In this document: positions 24,135 to 35,937 of the stretch, one piece after another
Layout: each line of letters starts with the position of its first letter
How positions within the stretch are numbered: the first letter of the stretch is position 1
From: Psammoneis japonica
Taxonomy: Eukaryota
DNA length: 64,000 nucleotides
Direction: 5' to 3'
Assembly (NCBI GenBank): GCA_008632985.1
Contig: QPGO01000074.1
Coordinates: 1 to 64,000 of the forward strand
The notes under the pieces: model-generated
Told to the model about the DNA's origin: nothing
What the model saw: the letters and a program-made list of their open reading frames with translations, nothing else
Databases searched by the model: none
Program-made: the position numbers and the translations under genes

Positions 24135-24746
24135 TGTGGGATTATTGGACCACTGCGCCACTCGTCACCAAAAGAGCTCCCCGTAGAGGGGTGTTGATCG
24201 TTTTGTAATTTATTCAGTGGAACTGCTGAGTTAGCAGTGATGCGCGAGGTGCGCGCAGAATCATCGGAATTGTGGATATTCTCACACTCCCCGGCGGACG
24301 GATCACGGATGGATGTTCAAGGTGAAGGAACTGGAGTGGTCTGGACGTAACTGAGTCTTGAAGATGATTCGATGTAAGCGTGTGTGCTTGATGTGGTGCG
24401 TGCCACGTGATGTCAGCGTTGTGACGTTTGACGTTTGACGTTCTGAATGTTGTCTTGTTGAAGATTGAGCTCTTCCCCGCGGTGCAGACATGCGTGCGAG
24501 TAGGGGAGGATCAGCTTTCCGAGGTGAGCGAGCGTGCTGAAGGATCTGAAAGTTGGGAATCGAACCCTTGGCCTCTAACGTCGTATTGCAACCATGTGGG
24601 ATTATTGGACCACTGCGCCACTCGTCACCAAAAGAGCTCCCCGTAGAGGGGTGTTGATCGTTTTGTAATTTATTCAGTGGAACTGCTGAGTTAGCAGTGA
24701 TGCGCGAGGTGCGCGCAGAATCATCGGAATTGTGGATATTCTCACA
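24135..24746 (-). mobile_element. TRIM (612 bp)
   Basis: Identical 152-bp TG...CA LTRs (24135-24286, 24595-24746); TSD CATGG; minus-strand TGG-starting PBS-like site after the 5' LTR and GGGGAG before the 3' LTR. Confidence 0.95.
24555..24620 (-). promoter_or_regulatory. tRNA-type Pol III A box and B box in the TRIM
   Basis: TGGCGCAGTGG (24620-24610) and GGGTTCGATTCCC (24567-24555), 42 nt apart. Confidence 0.65.
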
Positions 24747-25290
24747 CATGGGGATTCAAACGGCAAGCGGTGAAAATGTCATGGCGAAGCAGAAAAAAAG
24801 TAAAATTATTGCTTTGTGGAGATTGGAGATTTGAACATTTGTGTGATGTGAAAATGCGGCGTTTTGCAGCACAGCCACCCAACCTGCTGGCGGCCCGAGC
24901 CTTTCCCGCGCTTTGGCGGTCCCACGCGCGCTCGGGATGAGCGCGCAAAAGACAAAAACTGCTCGGGAGCAAAAAACTCCTTTGGCCCAGTTTCCCTTCT
25001 TCCAGAGCTCATTGGAGTCATTTCTTGCACCTTCTTGAAGCACAGTGTTCCTCTGCACTGAGCAGGGCTCTAAACAGAGGCTGTGGTGGCAGCCCACCAC
25101 CACTGTGAGCAGGGCCCCCCTGACAATGTCACACCCACCAGGGACGCTCGTCACTCACTTTCCCAGAAAACTTGATCTCTTGATCAGAGAAATCACCCAA
25201 TGAAACAAAGTCACTCTCAATGACTGCTGAGGTCACCATCCAGCACAACTCCCTGCTTGATGACAGGAGACTGCAGAGCATTCGAGCGCA

Positions 25291-25580
25291 CAATTTCAGA
25301 TGAGCGTGCCCAGAGCATCTGTGCATGTGGCACTGGTCTGCTGTCTGCCCCCCAATGGCAGTGTGGCATGTCACAATGACATCACTGATGAAAGATGCAT
25401 GATGGCCTGACTGGCACAATCCACAATGCAAACAGCAACAGTTTTGGTGCAACACAAAATCCAACAAACAAGTGGCAGTTTGACAAGATTCCCTGTTTGC
25501 ACGACCCCACTTTTTCCAGAGCAAACCAGCTCAGAATTTTCACAACAGTGTTTTTGCAACACATCCACATTTTCATCAAC
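25291..25580 (+). repeat. LTR-like repeat homologous to 35651-35937
   Basis: Alignable over about 290 bp; one copy lies before gag, the other after an integrase. Confidence 0.7.
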
Positions 25581-25599
25581 CATCAGGTGCACAGGACAC

Positions 25600-28500
25600 A
25601 GCAACATTGCCCCTGCACAGTCAGTGAGCAAGGTTGCAAATCCATGAGAAACAAGGCTGCAACATGCTGGCAGGAGGACAGACAGCTGCAAAACCAACCA
25701 TGAAGAAGCGGTTCAACCACTGACTCCATTTGCATTTGGCATGCCCTGAAAAAAAAGAGCTTCAGAAGGGTGAGCACCAGATGCACAAGCTGTGCAACAA
25801 TCCTGCAGATCCAGACAGCTCCACATGTGAGCCGAGTTTGCCGCACTTTTCCATGGGAACATGTGAGGAGTGGCTGAACTTTGAGTGCAATGCCAAGCAC
25901 ATGTTCCAGGGACAAAATGACATTGCAGGACCAGCAAAGTTTTTGCTCATGTGCAGGCTTCTTGAGGTGATGCCCTGATGACATTTGAGAATGTTGCGGT
26001 GATGCTCAAAACACTGAGACTGATGTCACCTTCAAGAAGTGTGTGGCAAAGGTCATGCAGAGCGTCTTCCTGTGCATGTCTGTGACATCGCATGTGCAAG
26101 CTGGCCAATGTCAAGACCCTCAAGTGTGAAGCAAGGGCAGTTGAGATCAATGGCTGCATCTCTCAGTTTCTGCCAGTGATGAATGGTGGAGATGTGCCAG
26201 AGGCATTGCCTGATCATGAGCTGCATGACTTGCTCAAGTGCAGTGCACCAAACGCATGGCTGGTCATGCTGCAAGATTTGGACTGGCAGCTGGCACATGC
26301 TGTGGCCAAATTTGTCTCATTCTGCAAGCAAGTTGAGAACAGGCAAAGGATGTGGAAGGCATCCCAGACAAAAGAACATGACTGATGATTGCCAAGCACT
26401 GGAGCACCACATCAAGCATGTCAAGACATCACATGAGAGTGGTGGTTGCAGCAAGTCCAACCAGAAACCTCATGATGAGAAAGAGTCAAACTTCTTTGTT
26501 GAGAAGAAAGCAGAAACCCATGACTCCAATGCAAAGAAGAAGCACAAGGAATGTGAGGAGGAGCTCAAAGCTCAATCACTTCTGTGATCCACATGTCAGC
26601 AACTCTAAAGATGAGTCCAAAGCAGACCTTTGAAGAGGAGGCTGACACAACACTTGTGGCTTTAATGCATTGGATGAACATGTGAATGAAAATCTGTCAC
26701 AGCATTGCACTTGTGTTGTGGACCAACTCTGCAAGCATGTTAAAAAGACTCACTTTTTGACGCCTGTCTTGTTGACATCCATGAACACCATGCACAGCAA
26801 GGGCAAGACTTGAACAATTGAGGCACTGCTTGACAATGGCACCAGCAGCACTTTGCCAAATGAGCAACACTGCAAATGTCTGTGAAGCCATGCAAAGGCT
26901 GAAACACTTGTGCATCAAGTCCACGTGCACAGCAGAAAGTTGGGCAACTGTGATGTGATTGTTGGACATGACACTCTGGAGACACAGGACATCTACACAG
27001 CCTTCTCTAAACACAGATGATTGAGTGGCCTGCGGTCAATGGAGGAGTTCCAATGAGGCACACAGATGCTGTGGCAGAAACCTCCTTTTTCATTCAAGAT
27101 CCAGAGCTCTTGATGTTGAAAAGTGACCAAATTTCACTCATTTTGGATGCTGAGCACATGCTGGCATGCCTCAAGGACATGACACAAGGGGCAACAGGAC
27201 TCAATGGAGCTCAACAAGCAAAGCTGTTTGGCTCATTAAAGAGACATTAATCCCCATTTGATGGGACACCAGGACAGTGGAAAGGAGAACCCTGCCAAAC
27301 CCAGCTGAAGAAGGGCATGGAACCATGTCATGAACATCCACACAATGCACCTCATGCATGCAGAGCCACACTGTGCAAGGAAGCAGAGTGCCTTGCATGT
27401 CCATGTGTTCTCAAATGCATCGACCAATCCCAGTGGGCAGCTTCATTGTTTGTCACACAAAAGAAAGACTTGACAGTTGGTTTGTCAATGATTTCAGGGA
27501 GCTGAACAAAAGGACAAAGTGAGTCCCTTGTCCAATCCCTCATGTTCAAGATGCACTGCCAAAGCCAGAAGGCTTTAAGTGGGCTGCATCGTTGGATTAA
27601 AACATGGGCTGTTGTCATGCCCAGTTGGACAATGACAGCAAGAAGCTCTGTGCACTTATTTTCCCATGGGGAAAGTGCAAGATGCAGGCATTGCTGCCCA
27701 TGGGACAGTGCAATTCACCTGACAAATTTCAGGAGAAAATGTCAACCGCATTTGAGGATCTGTTCTTGTTCATGTGAACACATTTAGATGACCTTCTTGT
27801 TGTGATAAAAGACACCTGCTAAGATCCTCTCAACAAACTTGAAGAAGTCTTGTTGCAAGTCAAGAATGAAGGGCTGAAAGTCAACAATGAAGTCTCATTT
27901 CTGTCAGATCCAACTAGAACACTTGGGCCATTTGGTTGACTGAGAATGCATGCAACCAACACCCACCAAAGTTGAATTCATTGAGTGCATTGCAAAGCCT
28001 GCAAATGAGTGCAAACTCCACTCATTTGTGAGTGTGGTGAACTGCTGTTGCGATGCATGGCTCATTCCCTTGCAAGACTTGCAAGCAGGGCTGTCACCTG
28101 GAGCCAGACATCCATTGAAGTTGAGGCATTTGAGACTGTCAAACAAGCACTGTTTGAAAATGTCTCATTGGCACTCCCAGACATTGACAAACCTTTTGAG
28201 ACACATGCGATTCCTCTAAATGTCATCTTGGAACAGTGACATCACAAAATGACAAACCAGTTGTGCTCTGCAGAGCAGAAAGCTCAATGGTGCACAATTA
28301 AACCACACAACAATGGAGAGAGAATTGCTTGCCATTGTGAAGATGTTGAAAAATTTTGCACAATTCTTCTTGGTCAATGAATGGCAGCACATGCTGATTG
28401 CAAAAATCTTGCTTGTGTGGGGTGATCAACACCAAACACATGATGTGCTGGAGGTCAATGTGTGAAGAATGTGGCCCTGATTTGTGGTGTGTCAAAGACA

Positions 28501-29400
28501 ACATGATCCAGTTGCTGATGAATTGAGCCAACTTCAACTGGCACCTGGCTTGCCTTCCAAGTGTGGTCTGAAAGTTGTTAAAACACCAGATTGTCATCTG
28601 TTGTGTGCAGCTTTCAATGCAGATGGCATCGCTGCTCATTTGCTTCAAGAGGATAAAAAAGAGCAGCTGCAGGACAAATGCCTGCTGTTGCAAACCAAGG
28701 ACTCATCCAACTGCTCCATCCATGCACTCCATGGGGGTGGGTGGGGGGTCATCACTGCTGTTGATGCTTTGTGAGGACAAAATTGTTGCACCACAGTCAT
28801 CGCAGGTTGCTCTGACTGAATGGCACCACATGCAGCTGTGTCATCCCAGAAACATCTGTTGCCCATCACTTCTGTTGTCCTGGCATGAGGTTTGTGGTGC
28901 ATGCCATGTGTGCCAAATGCTGTCAATGCCAGAAGACAAAAAGCAAAACACAGCACCATGGGAAGTCACCAGAAAAAGTGGCACAGATGATCCCTTGGGA
29001 GAGTTTGAGCGTGGATGTGATGGGGCCCTGCAAAATTCAAAGAAGTGGCAAAGACACCTTGCATTGTGGGTGATCATGATGATTGACCCAACAACTGGAT
29101 GGTTCAAGATCAAGGAAGTGTCTGCAAAGTGGTGGCAAATGTTACAAAACAAGCCTGGCCATGCAGATGCCAATGGCCAGCCCAGGTCATTCATGTCCAC
29201 AAGACAGAATTTGTGGCAGAATTCAGCCAGAGAACACAAAAATGTTGTGACATTGAGAGCCATGGTGGAACACACACACCAAATGCTTGGCAATGTGGCA
29301 TGTTCATTTTCAGTGAAGGATGTGGAGCTGGACAAGAACGACCCATGGAGTGGCATTCTGTCCACCACAGCTTTTGCTGTGATTGCAAATGGGTGGAGTG
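25600..29400 (+). mobile_element. Decayed Ty3/gypsy gag-pol
   Basis: Order PR (ALLDNGTSS, about 26820), RT (DFRELNK, NMGCCH, FPWGK, HLDD at 27781), RNase H (SRKLNGAQLNHTTMERELLAIV), IN (LCHP, PWESLSVDVMGPC, MIDPTTGWFKI). Confidence 0.9.
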
Positions 29401-32400
29401 GCTCTAAACCCCTTTGTTTTCTTTTGTCCATGTGAGAAGCTGAGGCCTGGGGTGTTGCAACCTCTGGCAGCACTTGAAATCATCATCTTCAAGTCCAGTG
29501 GGCAGAGTTGGAGGCACAGAGTGTGCAACAAGACCAGCTTGACATGGGCTCAGCGCAGCATGGCTTTGCTTTTTGGTTTCATTGGGTGGAGCTGGAAATG
29601 ATGTGCTGCCATCCACAGCTGGCATGAGGTCACCCACCATGCCCTGCACAGTGCCAGTCAAGAAAAAACATTTTGGAAGTGAGTGGATTCTGGTGGGTAA
29701 AAAATTGAGCTGTGAGGTGAGATTTGAGCAGTTTCTGACTTTCCATCTCCTTGGCATCAGAGTCAGAAAACTGAGCTGTGGTCAGAGCCAACAGCTGGCA
29801 CTTGAAAAGTGGCTGCTGCCACAATTTGTTGCAGTGGTGACAGCAGTGACAGAGCATGGCACAGCAGCACATCAAGAAAGATGTCAGTGTGTGGCAATGA
29901 GAGAGCATTTGCAATGCAATGGACTCTGCTGGGTGCTGTCTCATCTGTTTTGAGCATCTTTGTCACACATGGCAAAGCAAGGCAGCAGAGTCAATGACAA
30001 ATTTGCACCAGATAAATTGTTTGTTGATGCACATGAATGACAGACACATGACAGGGTCCATCCATCAGAGCATCCTTGCTCAGTCACATGACTTGTTCTT
30101 GTGCCACTTCAGAAAAGCCATCAATTTGTCCAGCTGATGGGCAGCCTCACAATGCTGTGCTTCTTCCAATGAAGTCATGCAAAAAAGGCCAATCACATGA
30201 CTTGCAAGCCAATTTTTGGCATGTGAAACCATGTGAAATGCTTGTTCACATCATGTCTGTGGCATGTCTTCTGTGCAATTTTCCTGTGGGATGCTCACAA
30301 GACTTGAGTGAGAAGCCTTGCTCTCCTCTTCATTTCCAAAACACAAAAACAAACAGCAGCCATGACCAGCCCACATCATGCCATGGCAAAGAACAAAAGA
30401 ACAAAAGACTTGGACAGTGCTGCTGATGCTCTGCTTGCCCCAGAGGAGAGACTTGCCACTGGAGATGAAAACCATTCACCAACTGGACACTCATCTGAAA
30501 GGATGGCTGCTTGGCCCTGCTTTGATCCCATTGAGGTGAAGCCTGTGGTGGACAACAATGAGAGCAGGCCACCTTTGCTGGAGGGGCCAAACATTGGGGG
30601 GGTGGCAATTTTGAGTTGGTTGCACCAGACAAGAAGAGGCTGCCAGACTGACAAAAGAAACAAACAGCGAGCTTTGCTGGGAGCTGCTGATGATCATCAG
30701 CATGCACAGTGCCCATTTGCCTCAGCCAAGGGTGAAAGTGATGGAAAGTGGGAAGATGTTTTTGGCACTTTCTGTGATCCAGTCACAGGACCAGCCAGGA
30801 ACTGCCAGCAGCCAGAAGCATGAACCAAAAGTCATGCAATTGGTGTGAAGCAAAACTGTGCAGAACCAGAATTTTGGTGGACAACTTTGGCACCAAGGAC
30901 AAAATGGGAGGAGGCAAAGAGGCCACAGGGTGTGAGGTTCCAGCCAAGAACCTGCACCAAGTTTGGCTTGTGGCAGTGGTGGCAAAGCAGGAGGAGACTC
31001 AAGAGGAGCAAAGCAAAACTGTAGACAGGAAAGCAACAAATCAGATGTCAGAAGTGGAGCTTGGGCTCACTCCTCTGGCTCCTTTCAATGGAGGCAAACT
31101 GTCTGTGAAATTGGACATCAATCCAACCACAGTTGCAGCTGGAGGATGCCTTGATGGAGCAATCAGCAGAGCTCCTCAACCCCCCCCCCCCCCCAAAGGA
31201 TTTTGCAACAAGCCCAGAGGGCTCACAAAAAGAAGAGGTGGAGTCCTTGATTTCAAAGCTCACAAGTGATGCAGTGCTCAGCTGCTCCCCTGAGCTGCAA
31301 GGATCCAAGAAGCCTGAGCGGGATGTGAGGACATTGTGGGAGCTTTGCATGCTCAAGAGCAATGCTGTGAAAAAAAGTGGAGAAAAGGATGAGCATCCAA
31401 ATGCTTTCTGTGAAGCCACATCTGAGGAAGTTTTTTCATCTTTGGGCAAAAAGCCTGCTGAGTCCAATGCTGCCACCAAACCATCCACAAAATGAAATTT
31501 AAAATGCTTGGTTTCTTGCCATTGTCAGCTCAGATTCAACCAATGTTTGGCAAGTTCATGTTTTTGGTCAACAGCATGTTGCATCTTGTGGCCCATTTGA
31601 CTGTGTGGCATGTGACCTGCAGGAAGCCACAAGATTGGATCCATTTGAGGTGTGAAAGCAAAAGCAACACAACTGGAAAGCACTTGTTCTGCAGATGAAA
31701 TTGTTGCCATTGATTTTTGCAAAACTCTTGGTGCTTCTGGAGCAATGCCTGGTGCATGAAAAAACGTGCAAGCAATCACCAGACAATTGCCCTCTGTTGC
31801 TCTCTGACTCTTCTCTCTTCTGGCGGCTGATGCTCCTGGCTGAGCACTCTGGTTGGTTGTGGTGCAAGCCACAAGCACCAGGCCTCAGGCCAGAGCTCAC
31901 AATGTCAGGGACCCCAGAATTGGAGCTCAATCTAGAGAGCCACAAAGGGTGGGTGGCATGGGCTGCAAGTGAAAACTTGCTCTTGACTCATCAACATGCA
32001 ATGCAACATTGATGAAAGAAAAGATTGAGGTTGCTGCAGCTTGCAAAGGTGCTTGTCACAGCTGCACATGCTGCTTCTGTGGTGCAACACATGAAGCAAG
32101 CAGCAACACAAAGCAAACCCCACCCCCCAATCATGCAGGAGGAGGCACAGACCACTGTCTCCCATTGGTCTCCAATCTGTGCCAAAGAATTTGGTGCACA
32201 ACTGGCAACTGCAGCAACTGCAAAGTCATTTGGACAAGTTTGCATGCAGTGTGTTTTTATTTTCACGATTGTGGAGTTGGCAATGCAAGCACTGAGGATT
32301 GAGGACTGGGAAGCCGTGGCTGTGGGCAGGCCGTGGATCAGCAAAACAACATGGCAGCATTGACACACAGCAGTTCCAACTGCAAACAAGAATGCAAAAC

Positions 32401-32879
32401 AACAGCAATGATGAGGACACCAGTGTCAGGAGTGGAGACAAAAGAGCAAGAAGCAACTGAAAGAAAGACAACAGAAGTGGAGAGGAAAATGTCAACCACC
32501 GCAGAAAAAATGGCCGTAAAATCAGAAAAGTTGGAGGAAATTGAGAATGAGCTGCTGTCAGACCCACAAATGAGAGCAGTCAAATGGCTCTAAGCTGTTG
32601 CTCAAGAAATGTGAGAGATTGTCTGACAAGCACAAAATCCTCCTGCAAGAGAAGGATGTCCATCTTGCCCATTTCAAGAGCTTGCAAAGCTGATGCGACC
32701 AAGTCGCTGACAGGGTGACCTTTGACATGATGGTCACTCAGAGCCCCACAGCTGTGCACACCCACAATGCAGTCACTTCCCTTGGTGTGTGAGTGCTGTT
32801 GCTGTTTGGAGCTTCCATCAACCAAAGCCTGAGTTGTTGCAGAATGACAGAAGAAAACTCTGCAGATTGACTGCAATGC

Positions 32880-33310
32880 ACTGCAGAGTGCACAAGAAAA
32901 AGGGAAACATGGTGAAGTGTCAGCTTTGTTGAGTCTGGGGAAATTCTGAACAAGTCACAACAAGTCACCTGTTGGGGCATTCTGCAAAGAATCATGTGAG
33001 GAAACGCATCAAAATCAACAACATCAATGACAAGCAAAACCTCCTCATGCTCTCCAAAGGTGTGAAAAAAGCATCTGAGATGGGTCAAATCTATTTTTGG
33101 GGGGAAAACAACTGCACTTTCTTCATCATGAGGATTCTGGATGATGAGGTGAAACAGGACCCTGTCTTTCATGGTTCAACAGTGGTCATTGGCAGTCTGG
33201 AGGGGAAATTGTTGCCAATTCCAAAAGATGTCAAGCTGCCATTCAATTGAGTTCTCAGTCATCATGCCCAGCATGCCTTCCAAAGAGTGCTGAAAGAGGG
33301 ATTTGTGCCA
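32880..33310 (+). pseudogene. Decayed Crinkler-type HNH nuclease domain
   Basis: SHLLGHS...INDKQNLLMLSKGVKKASEMGQIYF...LPFN*VLSHHAQHAF resembles the HNH_2 pattern AHI...IN...NLLxL...AFDxGxIxF...PFRRxLxxHA. Confidence 0.5.
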
Positions 33311-34379
33311 AAGGAAACAACTGCTTCAATCAAGCATGGATTGACCCTCAAACAAAAAATTCTGAGAGTCACCCAAGCTGCCACAGACAGCCATGTGAGC
33401 AATGACTCCACCGCACTTGATCTAGAACAAATGCGCAAAAGTGAACAGACCATTGCTGAAGGATTCTGAGCTCGGAGTCCCCAAACAACCAACATTGGAT
33501 GTGGAATGTCAAGTTTGCATGTCATCATTGTGCCATTGTTTGTGAGGGCACTTTGTTGGCATGCTTGGTGGAGTGTTTGTGAATCTGCTGCTTCCTCATG
33601 GATTGCATCCATGTTGAGAAGCAGTGAGGCTCACAACAAATGTCATTTTATGGCTGTGCCTGCACGGGTTTTCAAATTGCTGCAGAGAGGTCCAGGAGCC
33701 TCTAGAAGCAGTTTGCAGGATTTGTGTCATTCTAGTTTCCTTGGTCACACCATCCAACTCTCATCATGAGTTTGATGCCCCACTCCAAATGGTCCATTGG
33801 TGCTTGATCCTTTTGACTGCAGTTGCCACAACAGCCGTGGGACTGCTGGACAGGTTGGGAAGCTTGTCAGGGCAGCGGTTGGCTGCAATCAAGAAGAGGG
33901 CATTCAGTTCAGAAATTGCAACAGAATTGGGATTGTGAATCCACTGACCATTGTTCATGCCAACATCGGTGTTCATTGCCTGAGACTGCATTGATCCATC
34001 CCATCACTTTTTTGGTGTTGCAGGCCCTCTCCAGCTGGTGGCAAGACTGGCAGTGTTGGTGGTGTGTTGGCAGTGTCATTTGTGCTGCACCTCATGCTCT
34101 GAGCTTTGGCATGTGTCCTCGCCCTCCAAACAACTTCTTGTTTGTCATGCTGGGAGTCATCATGACTCGCAACAAGCACCTCCAATGAAAACTCCAGTCA
34201 ATTTGGTGGTTTCAAATCTTTTCAAAGAGAAACAAAAATTCTTCTTGAAAACCCACTAAGCTGATTTGGCAACAATGGAGCCAGCCACATTGCCGCTGCC
34301 ATTCCACCAGCTTGTGTTGCCATTTTGGGGCTCTCACCTCTGTGGGCAGTGGGGTTTTGTCCAGTGGAGTTGCTCTGCT

Positions 34380-35520
34380 GTGTCATTTGTCCCATCCAAG
34401 CATTCTCACTTGCAAGGTGTTTGGTGCTGAAAGTGTGATGTGCTGGAGGTTATCATGCAAATTGTGTGGCCCTGAGTTGTGGCATGTCATGGGACAACAC
34501 TGCCTGGTTGCTGATGTGTTGAGCCAACTTTCACCAGTGCTTGGCTTGCCTTCTGAGTGCAACCCAGAAGTTGTTGAAATGCCAGATTGTTGTCCATTGC
34601 ATGAAGCTTTCAATGTGGGCACAATGTAGATGGCACTGCCGCCCATTGGCTTCAAGGATCCAAAAAGAGCAGCAACAGGACAAGTGCCTGCTGTCATGAG
34701 CTCAGGACTTGACCGACTGCTCCATCCATGTGTTCTCCATGGGGGGAGGTTGTCATGACAGCTGGCATGTCACAAAAGAAAATCATCACACATCAGTTGT
34801 TGCAGGTTCCTCTGACCAAATGGCACCATGAGCAGCTGTGTCACCCTCCCTGTGAGACATGTGCAAAAACATTTGTTGCCCAACATTTCTGTTGGCCCAG
34901 CATGAGCCCCATGGTGCATTCAGCATGATGCATCAAGTCATGCAATCAATGCCAGAAGGCAAAACACAAAATGCAGCATTGGTGGTTGTGCTGGGAAGTT
35001 GCCAGAAAAGGCGGCACAGACAATTCTTTGGGAGACTCCATGCATGGATGTGACAGGGCCCTGTAAAATTCAAAGATGTGACAAAGACATGTTGCAATTG
35101 TGAGCAGTCATGATGATTGACCCAGCAACTGGGGGGTGGTTTGAGATCAAGGAAGTGTCTGCAAAATGTGCAGATGCAGCTGCAAAATGTTGCAGAACAA
35201 GCCTGGCTGTGCAGACACCCGTTGTGAGCCCAGAGGTCATTTGTGACTGTGAGACAGAATTTGTGACACAAAACAATTGTGGCATTCAGAAGAAGCCTGT
35301 GCAAGCAAAAGAAATCAACAGGCAAATGCCACAGTGGAATGTGCACACCACACTCTTGGTGATGTGGTGCACTCATTTTCAGCACAGGACATGGAGATGG
35401 ACAAGGATGGCCTGTGGAGTGACACTTCATCTGCTGCAGGCAGCTTTTGCCCACATGCACTGTGGCACATGCAATCACATGGCATGCCAGCCCCATGCAG
35501 CTGGTCTTCAGACATGATGC
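34380..35520 (+). mobile_element. Second decayed gypsy RNase H-integrase segment
   Basis: VMCWRL, WHHEQLCHP and MIDPATGGWFEIKEVS; paralogous to about 28400-29380. Confidence 0.85.
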
Positions 35521-35650
35521 AAGAACTTCATCTGTTGCCCATCATGCCAAGCATCTGCTGGCCAACATGGCAAGCACCAGCAATGCAACACTGCTCATGT
35601 GTGCCTCCTGGGAAACATGATCCAAGGAGGACATGGCTCTTTGACTCAGG

Positions 35651-35937
35651 CAATTTCAGAGGAATGCCTGGAGCAGCTGCGCACATGGCACTGATCCATT
35701 GTCTGCCCCTGATGGCAGTGTGCCTGGCATGTCATGACAACATCACTTGCGGAAGACATGTGATGGCCTGGCTCACACAATCCATGATGTGAACAGTGAT
35801 GGTTTGGGTGCAACACAAAATCCAAACAAACAAGGAATTTGACAAGATTCCCCATTTGCACGATCCCACTTTTTCTAGAGCAAACTGGCTCACAATTTTC
35901 ACAACAGCACTTTTATGACACATCCATGTTTTCATCA
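35651..35937 (+). repeat. LTR-like repeat homologous to 25291-25580
   Basis: Direct alignment; differences are mainly TG/CA swaps. Confidence 0.7.

Noticed and set aside
24555..24630. Functional tRNA gene
   Set aside because: A and B boxes are present, but I cannot fold acceptor and anticodon stems, and the LTR boundary interrupts the sequence.
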